Below the pieces are notes generated by a model that made no database searches, had not been told where the DNA came from, and saw only the letters and a program-made list of their open reading frames with translations. Below are positions 39,301 through 51,950 of a DNA stretch of 64,000 bases, piece by piece. The translations under genes and the position numbers were made by a program. Every line of letters begins with the position of its first letter. The stretch's first letter is position 1. Origin of the DNA: Vicugna vicugna (lineage: Eukaryota); contig MU058384.1 of assembly GCA_013265495.1 (NCBI GenBank), forward strand, positions 3,891,239 to 3,955,238, written 5' to 3'.

Positions 39301-41954
39301 TTTAAATCTTTGTTACTGTTTTTGAGAAAGGTGACTTCAGAAATCCCCCGATTTCAAAAGAGTTGATTTGGGCATGGTTATTGGTGGTTCAGTCAGATCC
39401 ACAGTAAAATGCTTTCGGAGACCTGTGTGTGACCTATCAACTATAAACTCATGAACTGTGAAGACCTGGTGAACCCTGAGGCCTGCGCTCTGGGGCACAG
39501 CGCAGCCTGAAAGCTGGGGCAGGATTAAGCCAGCTCAGACGCACTCAGCCTGCTGCACCTAACTAGGTCAGCCTGCAGTGGCTCTGTGACAGACTGTGGG
39601 GCTATTTTTGTCTGTATTTTTCCTGCCTATGAAAATTAGAATTGAGAAGAGCTACAGATGCTTCCCATGTGGTTGCTATTAGTGAAATTATGTACAGAGG
39701 ATTTAATATGAAAACAAAGTAGGTACACCCCCATTACTGAGACTTAAAGGCCTGTGAAGGAGACTTTAGCTACCACGTTGGCTGTGCCTCTGTGTCCGCA
39801 CAGGCTGCTTCATCTTCATGTGGTGCCTCTGTCCTGTTCTTGTTCTTCAAGGGAGGGAGCTTCCATTCTGGTGTTCATGATTTTGCCTGTTTCATAATAA
39901 AGTACTTTATGAAAGATTTGAATCTAATTTTTTCCCTTTTTTCCCCACTCCCTACAGAATTTTTTTCCCCCAAATTATCTCCTGGACTTCTGCCTAATTT
40001 TAGTGATTTCTCATTGACTTTTAGTGAACTGAGCAGATAGAGCTGCCCCAATTTTTCCTACATACAGAATTTAGAGAGAATTTTTGTTTGCAGTCAGTTG
40101 TACTTGCTTTTAGAACGGCTCGTTTAGATACAGCAGCACATGGGCTTTGAAGGCTTATCAGATTAATTGGTCCATTAGATGTAGTTGATGTTTCACAAGG
40201 TTCTAGGAAGAGGGTAAGAAACATTCATCTGCAACAGACTTGTGGAGCCTACTAATGGAGTTTACCATCTATTTTTGCCCTCTGTAAAAATGCATTATGG
40301 ATTCATATTTTAAAGACTAATAATAAAAACTTCAGTGGGATTGATCATTAAGTCATCAAATTTAGTTATGTTCTATTTAGGCAATCAGGTGACCTCTAAA
40401 TTTGATTTCCCCTAAATTTCCAATCAATGTGCTTATCCAAGTACATTTGGCCTACAAAGAGAATTTATTGCTACGTGGTTTTCATTTTAAGAGAAATATT
40501 ATGTTGAAATGACATTATTTGTGTCTTTTAAAGAGAATCCTTTAATAATCTAACTTACAAACATACTGTAGCAACATTTATAAAGTATAACCCAGACCTA
40601 CTCCAGATTAATAAATATTGCCAAAAAAAAGTCTTAGGTCACATAAATTTGTTAGACCCTTAGTAAACTGCTTACTTACTAAGGGATTTCTCAGAACATT
40701 TAATGTGATGATGTGTTGTAATTCTTCAAAATAAAAGACACAACTCATTCCGTTTTTCGCTCAGGGCACACTCCTTAGCCATAGTATGAGCTTTTGGATG
40801 AGACATTAAGAATATCATCATTATGATTCACAGCTAAAGAAGCAATTAACATGGGTAAATTTATTTCCCAGTATTTATAGGTATATAAATATCTCTGTTC
40901 AAGCACATATGTATGTGAAACACAAGCTAATAGATTAAGAAAATGCCTCTTCAATCAAAATGTCTCTTTGTACAAGTTATTGGTAATGAAAGCAAAGGAA
41001 TTCAGTCTAAGATTTGGTAATTTAGGTGACAAAAAAAGCATTAAATCCATATTTATCGAGTGACCCAATTTGGGGAAGAGAAGGAATTGGGGAGAGAGAA
41101 ATGAGATTCTTTTCCACAATTACAAATGGCTCTGATAATCAGTAATGTGACAAATTATGCTAGGATCCAAGTAATCCAACCAATTAGGTAGCTTTTACTC
41201 CCTAATTTAAAATCATATTTTACTCTTTAACAGAATATTTAGTTAGCTTTTATTTTACTATGGGGCAAATTATGAAAAATATTTCTTTTCGATTTTATGT
41301 TTAACAGCAGTTTTTAATTTGGTTTGATCTGTCGAATTTGAGGTCTGTCTTGGTCCAGGCTGATTTGGTAGATCTGGGTCTTTCAGGGCTTAGCTTGAGC
41401 TAAGAATAAGAATCTCAAGTCAATCAATGCATGGTGTGGGCAAATTGTCCCTGAAGTTCCCCAGCTCATCTCCTGCTCCGGATACCAGATTCCATTTCCT
41501 TCTGCCGCACAGAGCCAGCTAGTTTCACCCTCAAATTGCTCTCTGTTCAATTTTCATATTTATTTTTGGCCAGCTTCACATTAAGCATGTGAAGCTTTTT
41601 TCCATCTGGTCAAATCAAATTGATTTTTTCCTTCTGAGAAAGAAAAGGTTTAAAATACCTGAAGGTGGGCCACTATGTAAAGGAATAGATTTTTGTATTT
41701 CCTCTGCATTTTATACAAGCAAGATAGTTGTAATTGGAATGGAGAAGAAAATAGGTAAGATGCTTGCTTTCCCTCTACATCTTACACTTTAATTTGGAGA
41801 AAATGTTATAGTATATTTTTAGAAAGCTTTATTTTTGTGTTTTACATTCAGTTTTTTTTTCAGTTTTAATTAATGTTCCTGTGGGTAAAAAGTTACATTA
41901 ATTTTTAGAAAGTACCAGTAACAACTAGGGATTCGGTGGCCTTGGTGTAAAAAA

Positions 41955-43195
41955 AATTTTTTTTTCCCACATGGTGTCAGACTTACAGAAAAGCTGAAAA
42001 GTTGCAGTAATAGTTCTACTAAGAATTCCCATGTGCCCTTCACTTAGATTTCCCAAATGTTAACATTTATTTTTAATTCTCTTTCTCCTTTTTAAAAAAG
42101 CACTGTCTTTTATATAACTGTATTAAGTTTAAGATAAATTAAAATATTATTAAGAAATTAAGGTATTATTACTGATAAAATGTTGTCTAAGCTATAGACC
42201 TCATTCAGATTTCACCATTCATTCTGATGGTGTCGTTTATAGCAAAAAAAAAAAAAAAATCCAAGATTGTGCATTTTTTTTTTTTATCATGTCTCTTTAC
42301 TCTTTAATACTTACTCTGAGCCTTTCTTTGTAGTTCATGATACTGACATTTTTTGAAGCATTCAGGCCAGTAACTCAAATTGGGTTTACCTAATGTTTCC
42401 TCATTAGATTCAGGTTATATACTTTTGGCAGGAATGCCCACAAAAGTGATATTTTGTCTTCGGCGTATCATATCGTAAGTCACATGTTGATTTGTCCCAA
42501 TCCTGGAGATACTGTTCTCCATCACTCTGTTTAGGTAGAGTCTGCCGGCTTTCTCCACTACGGGGTTACTGATTTTGCCTTGTAACTAAGAAGAATCTTG
42601 TGGGGAGCTACTTTGAGACTATGTAAATGTTCTTTTCCTGCTGGTACATTCACCTAGTTTTAGCTTCAGTGATTCTTGCCTGAATCAACTAGGCCTATGT
42701 TGGTTGCCAAATATGCTTTTCTAATTGACTGTTCCCTCTACATTTACTTACTTAGTAGCTTTCTACTGTAAGGAAGAACTTTTCTTTCTCTTATATTTGT
42801 TATATCAGTGTGGATTCATGGCTGTTTATTTTAGTCTATGGATTTTAATGCTTTTCTCTATTTATTTTGTTGCTCAATTGTCCCAGATTTGTCCAGTGGG
42901 ATCCCTTTGATGGCTGGCTTCTGTATCCTTTTGACACGTCTCCATCATTCTTGGAGCACATCCTTACTTTCTGGCGTGAGGTGTTATAGACTCATTTTGT
43001 ACTTTCCTTGACCCAGACTTGGAATCAGCCATTTCTTCAAGGAGCCTTGGTTCCTTAGAGTGGGCAGTGATACTTTATAATCCAAGATCTGGGCACTAGC
43101 CTTGCTCACACTACAGGAGTGTCATTGCCTCTAAGCTCTCTCAGCAGGCTGAGCTATGTGAAATAGGTACACACACCTGAAACATGTATATACAC
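41955..43195 (-). mobile_element. Old L1 (L1MC/L1MB-like) 3' region
   Basis: Typical segments ACTTACAGAAAAGCTG, TTCACTTAGATTTCCCAAATGTTAACATTT, TTTGTTGCTCAATTGTCCCAGATTTG, GGAATCAGCCATTTCTTCAAGGAGCC. Confidence 0.75.
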
Positions 43196-43619
43196 GCTCA
43201 GTGACCTTTGTTTTTAATGTAACTGATTCCTTTTCTCTGCTGTACCATAGAAATGACACTGGATTAAGAGTTGTAGATCAGGAAGTGTAGATTCTGGTTC
43301 TGCTCATCCCTTCACTAGTCTTAAGAACTTGAGCAAATCTCTTACGCCCTCTACTTCAGCTTCTTCCATGTTAAAAATTAGGAAATAAGTGCAAAGGTGA
43401 TTTTTAAAGAAACTTCCATTTTGAAATTCTGTGATTCTATGAATTTAAGATTTTATAGATGGAATATTTTGATGAAGTTTTCAGGGAATTGGAAAAGTAT
43501 CTTAAGCCACAAAATCATTAGTATTTAGATCTTAAAGTTACTTTAGACATGATGTATTTCAGTGTCCTAATTTTATAATGAGATAACCAGGAGCATCTAC
43601 AATGATAGAGCTGTTATAG

Positions 43620-43765
43620 ATCTACACTATCTCATACGCCAGCTGCTGGTCATGTGAGGCTGTTGAGCATTTAACCTGTGGCTAATGTGACTGAGAAGGT
43701 GAATTTATTTAATTTTAGTTTAAATAATTGCATGTGGCTGGTGGCTATTATATTGGATAGTGCAG
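43620..43765 (+). mobile_element. MER3/MER33-like fragment inside a MIR-like element
   Basis: TGTGGCTAATGTGACTGAGAAGGTGAATTT...CATGTGGCTGGTGGCTATTATATTGGATAGTGCAG. Confidence 0.7.
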
Positions 43766-44744
43766 CTCTGGAGAGTAATGGGTTGCTTTATGTCACATAG
43801 GTGCTAGTGGCAGAAACAAAGAAGGATCTTTTTATAGTATATACCAGATTAAATTAAGCCAACTTTATCTTATGCCTTTTATAGTAGCTAATTATAATTT
43901 TTAATACCAAAACTTCTGGTGCATTAATTTTGTGGTAAATTATTTAAATCCCAGGAGCGTCGATGTGATGGTCTATAGCAGTATATTTATTATTATAGTT
44001 AAAAGAAAATTTAAAGACCAGCAACAAATCAAAGTTTATCTGTTTTCAGGAGCTAATAGTAACTTACAGTCATAGCTATAATTTGAGTGCTTACTACTTT
44101 CAATAGAAATGCTTTTGTTAAATGTAGAACACAAAATGAAACAAAACACACACACACACACAAAATGCTTTTGTTAGAATCTAAAAGGTACTGGCAAAAT
44201 TTATATTAAAATGATAATAATACTTTCTCCAAAAATGCTAATCCTTTTGTAGGCTCAATTATATCACTTACATTTACAACCTTTTATAATTACTATACCA
44301 AGATTTATTTTTGTTTTTATTGAGAATATGCAGTGCAATTAAATAGTAATTCTCACACAGTGTTGATGAGAGAGAAAATTGGTATAACCATCCAGGAAAT
44401 TATTTTTGGTACTAGGTATCAAAGCCTCAAAACTGTCCATAATTTTGACCAAGCAATTCCCTTTATAATCTAACATACAATTGAAGCTTTATATATAAAG
44501 ACATAGCAAAAAAAAAAAATTGGAATAACTTGAATGTGCAAGGAGATATAAAATACAGGAAAACAATGTGATAGCATCTCTGCTCATCACATTGCCACAG
44601 ATTGTACCTTTTGATACATCTTTTTAAAAAATTTTTTTGATAATTAACTATTTTATTATATATATTTATTATTTATATTATTATATTATAGTCCTAGTCC
44701 AGGAAGTATACAAGGCAACTTAAGTCTCTAACCTATGTTCATAA

Positions 44745-45335
44745 TTTTTTTTAACATTTTTTGTTAATTTATAATCATTTTATAATTTTGTGTCAAATTC
44801 CAGTGTGGAGCACACTTTTTAATGGAATGAAAGATTCTTTAAATTCTGTAGTGCTTAACAGTTTTCAGAAGTTTTACACACATAATTTCATATAATCCAA
44901 TAGTAACCCTTTTTTTCCTGACCCTTGTATTGCTCCTCCCCATTTCTGTCTCCCCACCAGTGACCACTCATTTGTTTTCTATATCCATGAGTCTGTTTCT
45001 TTTTCATTTTATTCACTAGTTTGTTGTATTTTTTGGATTTCACATGTGATATCATATAATATTTCTTTCTCTGATTTATTTCACTTAACATAATGCTCTC
45101 CAAGTCAATCCATGTTGCTGCACATGGCACAATTTCATTCCTTATGGCTGAGTAATATTTCATCTTCTTTAGACATTCATCTGTTAATGGACACTTAGGT
45201 TGCTTCCATACCTGGGCAATTGTCAATAATGCTCCTATGAACATGGAGTGCATGTATCTTTTTGAATTAGTGTTTTTGTATTTTTCAGCTATATACTCAG
45301 TAGTGGGATTCCTGGGTCATGTGGTAGTTTTGTTT
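44745..45335 (-). mobile_element. L1 fragment(s): ORF2 C-terminus and 3' UTR
   Basis: ORF 44888..45253(-) carries decayed L1 ORF2p C-terminal motifs (MFIGALLTIAQVWKQPKCP, YYSAIR, ATWIDLESIMLSEI). A T-rich L1 terminus lies at about 44745-44820. Confidence 0.9.
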
Positions 45336-45339
45336 CTTC

Positions 45340-46090
45340 TCCTCAAACCTATTTGGTCCTCAATCAGTTCTGTCTTACTAAATTTTCAACCAAATCCCTA
45401 GGTATCATGTTTAATCTGAGCCTTTCCCCCCAACACCTAATCCATCAACAAGCCCCGTTGGCCCTGCCTCTGAAATGTATCAGACCTGTCTTCCTACGTC
45501 CATTGCAACTACCACTCCTGGTACAAACCACATCTGCTCTCCCCAGGTTATGACATTAGTAACTGAACTGGTCTCTGCTTATACACTCGGCTCTTCTGTG
45601 TACATCTCACCCCCCCAAGCCAGTGACCTTTTAAAGTTATAGATCAGATCCTAGCACTTCACTTAAAATGTTTCACTTGCCAGTGGCTTCCTATCGATTT
45701 TAGTATGAAATCCTTACCATGGACTGCAATTCCCTGCTTTTTTTCTTTCTCACCACATTTTAACCCAGTTGATTTTCTTTTCATTCTCTTAATCCTCACT
45801 GCTCATTCTGGCCTCAGGGCCTTTACACTAACTAATCTCTGTCTCCAGCTGAAACACCTTCTCCTTGGCTTTTGGGCTGACTTGATCCTGCTTAACCTGA
45901 ACTCCTGCTTCCTCAGAGAGGCCTTGCCTAGCCCTTCTACCTAACATCTCCTATCCCACCCCAGTATTGTCTTCTTCATAATGTTGATTTTATTTATCAA
46001 TCTGTTGTCTCATATATTGTTCGTCTACATCCATTGGATGAAAGAGTCTTGAATAGTGCCGGGCACACAGCAGGTACTTGTCAAATAACA
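45340..46090 (+). mobile_element. LINE2 3' region
   Basis: C/T-rich L2 motifs (CCAGTGACCTTTTAAAG, CCAGTGGCTTCC, CCTCAGGGCCTTTACAC, TTCCTCAGAGAGGCCTT) ending AATAGTGCCGGGCACACAGCAGGTAC. Confidence 0.75.
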
Positions 46091-46184
46091 AAGGAACTGG
46101 TGCATGTGTTACTATTATCTGTGAGGTGCAGTGGCAAAGGCTCTCTGTGGTGAAATATATCACTTAAAAATTCAAAAACAGTTT

Positions 46185-46278
46185 CACTGTGAGCTACCAC
46201 AAGATCTTGTATATATTTCCCTGTGCTATACAGTATAATCTTGTAAAATGACTATAACTCAATAAAAAAAAAGTTTAA
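46185..46278 (+). mobile_element. Tiny L1 3' end with 5' inversion
   Basis: 46185-46244 is antisense L1 3'UTR and 46241-46278 is the sense terminus with AATAAA/poly(A). 19-bp TSD (17/19 identical) at 46166-46184 and 46279-46297. Confidence 0.8.
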
Positions 46279-46297
46279 AAAAATTCAAAACCATTTT

Positions 46298-46900
46298 AAA
46301 ATACTCCTAACTAGAGATTTAGCAGTTCTACTCTAGAATTCATTCTTCAGACATCTTTGCTTTTTTTTAGGGGGAGGGGGATATTTAGGTTTATTTTATT
46401 AATTTTGTTTTGGAGGAGGAGGTACTGAGGATTGAACCCAGGACCTTCTGCATGCTAAGCAAGCACTCTGCCACTGAGCTATACTCTCCCCCTATTCTTC
46501 AGCTATTGATAAGATTTGTGAAACTCTGTAGGCAGTCTTGTTTATAATATTGAGAAATGGGGAACAACGTAAAATTTGGGGAACAGCTACATAAATTATG
46601 GTGTTTCCCTGAAATTCAGTATTGTGCAGTCATTAACAAGGGTGTTTTAGGAGCGTAGTTGTTGACCTGGAAAGATGTTCAGAGTATAAAATAGATTCCA
46701 AAATAGTGTTAAGTGAAGAGCTTATTTTTTGGTTTTATATATATGTAAAATATGTATTGAAAAAATCTAAAAGAACAGATAACTAAAATATTAATAGTGG
46801 TGAATGTCTGAATTTTGAGATCACAGCTTATCTTAAATATTTTGTGCTTATTTATGTTTTCTGTTTTCTATACTTAATATTTATCATCTAATTTATATAA
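46298..46900 (+). mobile_element. Old L1 (L1ME-like) fragment hosting the SINE
   Basis: Degenerate sense L1 motifs (AGCAGTTCTACTCTAGAATT, TTGTTTATAATATTGAGAAATGGGGAACAAC, TAAATTATGG) on both sides of the SINE. Confidence 0.5.
46356..46492 (-). mobile_element. tRNA-derived SINE (camelid Vic-1-like)
   Basis: Minus strand reads GGGGGAGAGTATAGCTCAGTGGCAGAGTGCTTGCTTAGCATGCAGAAGGTCCTGGGTTCAATCCTCAGTACCTCC (A and B boxes), then an A-rich tail. Partial TSD ATTCTTCAG at 46342-46350 and 46494-46502. Confidence 0.85.
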
Positions 46901-47394
46901 TCATTTGAAATATACACCCCTATACTGCTGAAAATTGACCTATATACTAGAGACTACTAGGTCATTGCAATTTAGTGTGTTTCTTGATGTTAACTCTACC
47001 CAGAGAGCCTTTCAGGGGTTAGATGACTGAGTCCAATGACACTCCCCTCCGATGCTAATGCTGTTAGAGAAGCGTCGTCAGTGTGTTTGTGGCTTGGGAA
47101 GGGGGCCAGCACTTTTGGGTGAATCAAGATAAACTTCATGGAGGATGAGGGCATTTGCCTTACTTCATGAAGTATTCGGAGGATTTGACAGATGATTAAA
47201 GAGACATTCCACATGGAAAGAAGAATGGAAGTAATATGAGAAGTAAAGGAAAGAAAGGAAAAAAGTAGGAAGGGGAAAGGGAAAGAAATCATGAGACATG
47301 TTAAAAGAATACCAAATGTATCCATTCTGTAAAAACATGGGATAGCTGAGGGAACCATGGGAAAAAATTCTCAAATTAGGTGGAAACACATTAT

Positions 47395-47585
47395 AGTGGC
47401 CTTAATTTGGCAGGTAACTGGGAGACATGGTAGGTGTTTGAGCAGGGGAATAATGAGCTGCTGGTGCTGATTTTTAAGGTGATTAATCTGACAAATCATA
47501 GGAATTAAAGGGGAGAGACTGGCAGTGGTGAGACCAGTTCAGAGCCTAAAGATAGAGACCAAGTGGTAATGCTGGTTTGAGCCTG
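47395..47585 (-). mobile_element. LINE2 fragment
   Basis: TTTGAGCAGGGGAATAATG...TTTTAAGGTGATTAATCTGAC...GAGACTGGCAGTGGTGAGACCAGTT. Confidence 0.55.
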
Positions 47586-47874
47586 GGCTGTTTGCCCCAT
47601 ATGTCAAGTAGGCTGCTAAACCCTATTCTATTTAATAGGAGAAAAACCCTACAAGACTTGAATGCTCTTGTTTCCTAGTGATTTGCCACAGTGCCATCTC
47701 TAACAGTCTGGTCATGCATGTAAATTAAGTTATAAGAATTTGTACTTTGGATATATCATACTTGACATTTTTGTTTCCCTTCATTCCCCAACTTCATTAT
47801 GGCATTACTCCTGAGGACAGGGAAATGTCTGGGGCTAGCAGGTGGGAGAGAAGAGTGAATGCTCATAGTCTGGA

Positions 47875-48179
47875 AGATTCAGTATCCACAGGGGATTGAT
47901 TCCAGAACCCCCCCGCCAAGGATACCAGATCCGCAGATGCTCAAGTCCCTTAGATAAAATGGCATACATAGTATTTGCACAACCTAGCACACTCTGTGGT
48001 ATACTTTAAAACGCCTTTGCTGTGTAAATAATTGTAAATACAATGCACAATGTGTGGCAAAGTTAAGTTTTGCTTTCTGAAACTCTCTGGAATTTTTGTT
48101 GCAGGGAGGGAGGGTTATTTTCTGTCTGGATTGATTGAATCTGTGGACAGTGGTACCTGTGGATATGGAAGGCTGAATG
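47875..48179 (+). mobile_element. MER2-like (TcMar-Tigger) element
   Basis: CAGTATCCACAGGGGATTGATTCCAGAACCCCC...GATGCTCAAGTCCCTTAGATAAAATGGC...GGATATGGAAGGCTGAATG|TA. Confidence 0.8.
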
Positions 48180-49392
48180 TACAAAAAAAGGAAACATCAA
48201 ATCGTGTTGTCTTAAGTCAGAGTTGTAAATGTTTTACAAGAATTTCTTACATATGTGGATCATGCATTTTAGTTCCCTGCAATAAAACCGTAGGCATTTT
48301 GGCTCCAAATTCTGAAGGCAAATACCTGAGAGATTGCATTGGTTTCGTCTGAGGAAATTAACAAATGTCCCTTTTGAAACTAGGTCAAGTTCTTTATTTT
48401 AGTTTCTGATCTAACTCAGGACTCCAGCTGTCAGGCTATCCCATTGATCCTCCCTGTCAGTGAAATCCCCTCTGAAATACATTGTAATTAACTTGCAGGA
48501 ATTGACAACATAAGATGGAGAGTTCAGATGGTATTTACCTACAAATTTCCCACATGGAAGTGGACATTTAAATCTTTGAGAAGGCATAAAAATGGTTAGA
48601 AAAGAGAGTCTTTTAGCAGACATTTTTTTTCTGTTGAAGGAAGCAGTTGACCCTTTCTAGCAGTTTCAGCCCCAGTAATCTAGACTTGGCAACTTGATTT
48701 TGCTGAAATGTTTAGGAAAAACTGTTGCTTCAAAAATAGTAATTTTTAATAATTTCACTATAATTATCTGTAAACCAGTGTGCCTCCCGAAGTGCCACAG
48801 GAAAACTGGTTATACCTGGTGACATGCCCAGAATGGGGTAGGAAGAGGACTAAGCAGGTCCAATTACAGGGGAAGTGAAAGGATTTCAATGTAAAATTAA
48901 AATATCTTATTCATTTGGTATAAAGTATAGCTTTGGCCATTCCTGTGAAGTGTTGACATGGAAAATCTTTTCTGCAATTTGAGGTCATGGAAGATTCCAG
49001 GGTGATACAAATGTGGATTTTGAGAAACAGAAAAGCAGGTTACACTTACTCTCCTAAAGTAAACATTCACGTGTGGAGTGCATTTTTAACTGAATTGAGT
49101 GAGGTTTCATAAATAATCACCCCTTTTGTCACTGTCCAAGGTACTGTAAAATAGGAGGCTGAAAAGTGGCATCTTTTGTTTTCCGGCATCTTAAAGTTTG
49201 TGGCCTCTGGGGACAATCTAAAGAAAAAAGAGAGTGGAACAAGATACCTATTAGGAAGGAAAGGAAAACAGGATGTTGGGGCATTATAAAGGCTGAAAAA
49301 TGAACAGATATTCTCTCAAAGCTATACCAACTACTTTTTGAACACAGAGGAAAAAGAAAAACTAAGAATTAAGATTAAGAAGGGGGCCTGGA

Positions 49393-49482
49393 GGCTACGG
49401 CCATACCACCCTGAACGCGCCCGATCTCGTCTGATCTCGGAAGCTAAGCAGGGTCGGGCCTGGTTAGTACTTGGATGGGAGA
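49393..49482 (+). pseudogene. 5S rRNA retropseudogene, 3'-truncated at nt 90, no poly(A) tail
   Basis: 49395-49482 matches nt 3-90 of mammalian 5S rRNA as recalled (CTACGGCCATACCACCCTGAACGCGCCCGATCTCG...TTGGATGGGAGA). Flanked by direct repeat AGAAGGGGGCCTGGAG at 49378-49393 and 49480-49495. Confidence 0.96.
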
Positions 49483-51699
49483 AGGGGGCCTGGAGAAAGT
49501 GGTAGGCTGCAGTATTCCTAGCTTGACATTGGGGTTAGAAGCAGTTCAGATGTCTTCAAGCGAGACTTGCTGTGATCAAAACCAATTTGCAGAAGATAAT
49601 AAGCCGATGAACTGGATCTTTTAATGAATTATATATGCCATACTATGCACTGTGTGGGGTTTAGCTCTTAACAATTTCAGTAAAAAAAAAAAAGCCTAAG
49701 TTCCTTTATAAAATGAATCTCTGCTTTTGCTTTTCAGTAACTAAATATGAAACGTAAATCTGTTTCTCAGCATTTGCCCCTTAAAATAGCAACAGCTATG
49801 GTTCCAGCATTTTATTAGTTAAAGACTAAATTCTACCAAACACCAAGAGTTTAAATGCACCATTTTGATCATTGTGGCAGTCAAATCCAGAATATGTGAT
49901 TCTTTTAGTGTAAAAATATTTAACATCTGCAGGAAAACATTTTAAGTTCCTATAAATGAGAATACACTATGAGAGCAGCATTTTTTTTAGTCCAAGAGCT
50001 TAGCCTACCCACATTCTTTCAGTTATTTGGAGAGCTAGATCTTCATCTGTATATTTATATATTCATCATTACACACACACACACCCCTCCCCTGGTGATG
50101 TTTTCCAAGGAGTGCAAAACAAAGTTGGATCACACAGTTCTCTGTGGAATAAAGCTTTGTTTTTAAAAAAAATTTTTTTTTTACAATGGAAACACTATCA
50201 GGTATCTCATAATCTCAGAGAACTCTTACTGCAGTTTCAAAGGGTCCTGTTTTATAAGAACTGGCTTCTTTATTAGTAGCAGCTAAAAGTTAAGAGGGAA
50301 AAACAGAAAAACAGAGAAGAAGCCAGGTGGCAAATGAGCAGATTTGACGAGAAAAAATGCTAACAGGTGAGAGCTGCCTCCACGTTTCAGCCTGTCAAGA
50401 CCAAGGCCTCTGCAGTCCTAAGGCTCACAGCGGGGCCATCATCTGGGCCACGGAGCAGCGTTAGGAGGCCTACGAGGAAAGCAGGTAGTCAGCAGGCAAC
50501 AAAAGAGCACACAAAAGGTGAGAGTTCTCCTGCAGCTGCTCTTTCCTCAAGTTTATAATTCACCAACTCCCATTACAAAATACTTACTTTGTATTTGTCA
50601 GAGATGGTTATATAATGTAGATTTAATAAACAAATTCTCTTTCCCCCTTAATTTCTCAGGATTTATATATTTATTTTTAAAACTTACTGGGTTTTAAAAG
50701 TGATTTCCATTCTCCAAAATCTGGATGATACTTATCAGTGCAGCCTCACCCATCTGCCAATATCCTGCATTGATAAAGTTTTGCTGGATATTGAAAATGA
50801 AACCAAAAATGGATTGATAAGCAGTGAGAAAATAGCAGTGATGACACGTGAAGTTAGAAATGTGCCTCCTCTAAGATCCTTACTGTGCTGCTACAGTTTC
50901 AGATGACACATCATTCATGGTACCCACCGCTCCATGCACTGGGACATAGAAATCTCCTTGAGCCACTTGTCACATAGAAAACCCTCTATTCTCTTTCCTC
51001 TCTTGTTAGCATTCAGCTGTGTTTCTGGATGAATGCACCACCATTTAGCTACATGCTGTTGTTCCTCAGGGGAGAGTGGGGCACTGTCTCACACAGTGTC
51101 ATCTCCTGTCTTTCCCTGCCCGTCTTCTCTCCTTGTGGTACCAGTCATTTCCCATCAGCTGGTGACACTGGCCTGATGCTTCCTGGGTGCTCGGGAGTGA
51201 GGAGTCACCTAGCTGGAGGGCGGACGCTGCAGGAGCACACGGTGTGGGGGTTGTCTGCCACTTACTAGCTTCCCCAAGTTACTCTACTGTGTATAGCTGA
51301 TTTCCTTACCCATAAAATTAGCCTAATAGGGTGGTTGTGAGGTCTGACCAATTCCTCTGTGTATAGGCTCTTACATGTCTGACATTACAGTCAATCAGCA
51401 AGTTTAAGCTGTTATCCTTATTACTTCCTATGGCATGGGAGAAGGACTCTGTATTGAGAAGGCAGATCTTGCTTCTATTAGCTCTTTTCTTTCCCCTCTA
51501 TAAGTGTCAGCTGTGCGCACAGCTGATCACGGTGCGGAAGGATGGGTGCGGGGCAGGGTGGGTTCTGTGGGGACCTCCTGAGGGGGTGACAGCAAGTAGA
51601 GTTAGAAAGGCTCGTGGGAGTGAGCCAGATGAAGGGAGAGGCGGGATCTTCAAGGAGTAGTGACAGCATGTACACAACTGACTCGGAGAGGAGGACTGA

Positions 51700-51950
51700 G
51701 TTCAGGGAAATGCAGCTGAATGTGATCTCTGCGAGGCTAGAGGGGGAATTCGAAGCAGACAGGCAGCAGGGAGTGAGTGCTACTGAAGCGTGATGAGAAA
51801 AGCAACTGCGAGGTCATCTCAGAAAACTGAGGGCATTCAAAGAAGTTACGTGATCAGATTTGTATTCTAGAAACATCAGTCTCGTAGCTGTGTTGATGCT
51901 GGGTTTTGGAGGTCGAGATTCGATAGCTGTAGAACAGTTAGGAGACTGTC
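51700..51950 (-). mobile_element. LINE2 fragment
   Basis: GTGATCAGATTTGTATTCTAGAAACATCAGTCT...AGAACAGTTAGGAGACTGT. Confidence 0.5.

Noticed and set aside
44888..45253. 121-aa ORF as a host protein
   Set aside because: Decayed L1 ORF2p C-terminus read into the 3' UTR.
46415..46492. Genuine tRNA gene
   Set aside because: tRNA-like head continues into a SINE body and A-rich tail with a TSD remnant.
49393..49482. Functional 5S rRNA gene
   Set aside because: Lacks the last ~30 nt and terminator, is single-copy here and is flanked by a TSD.
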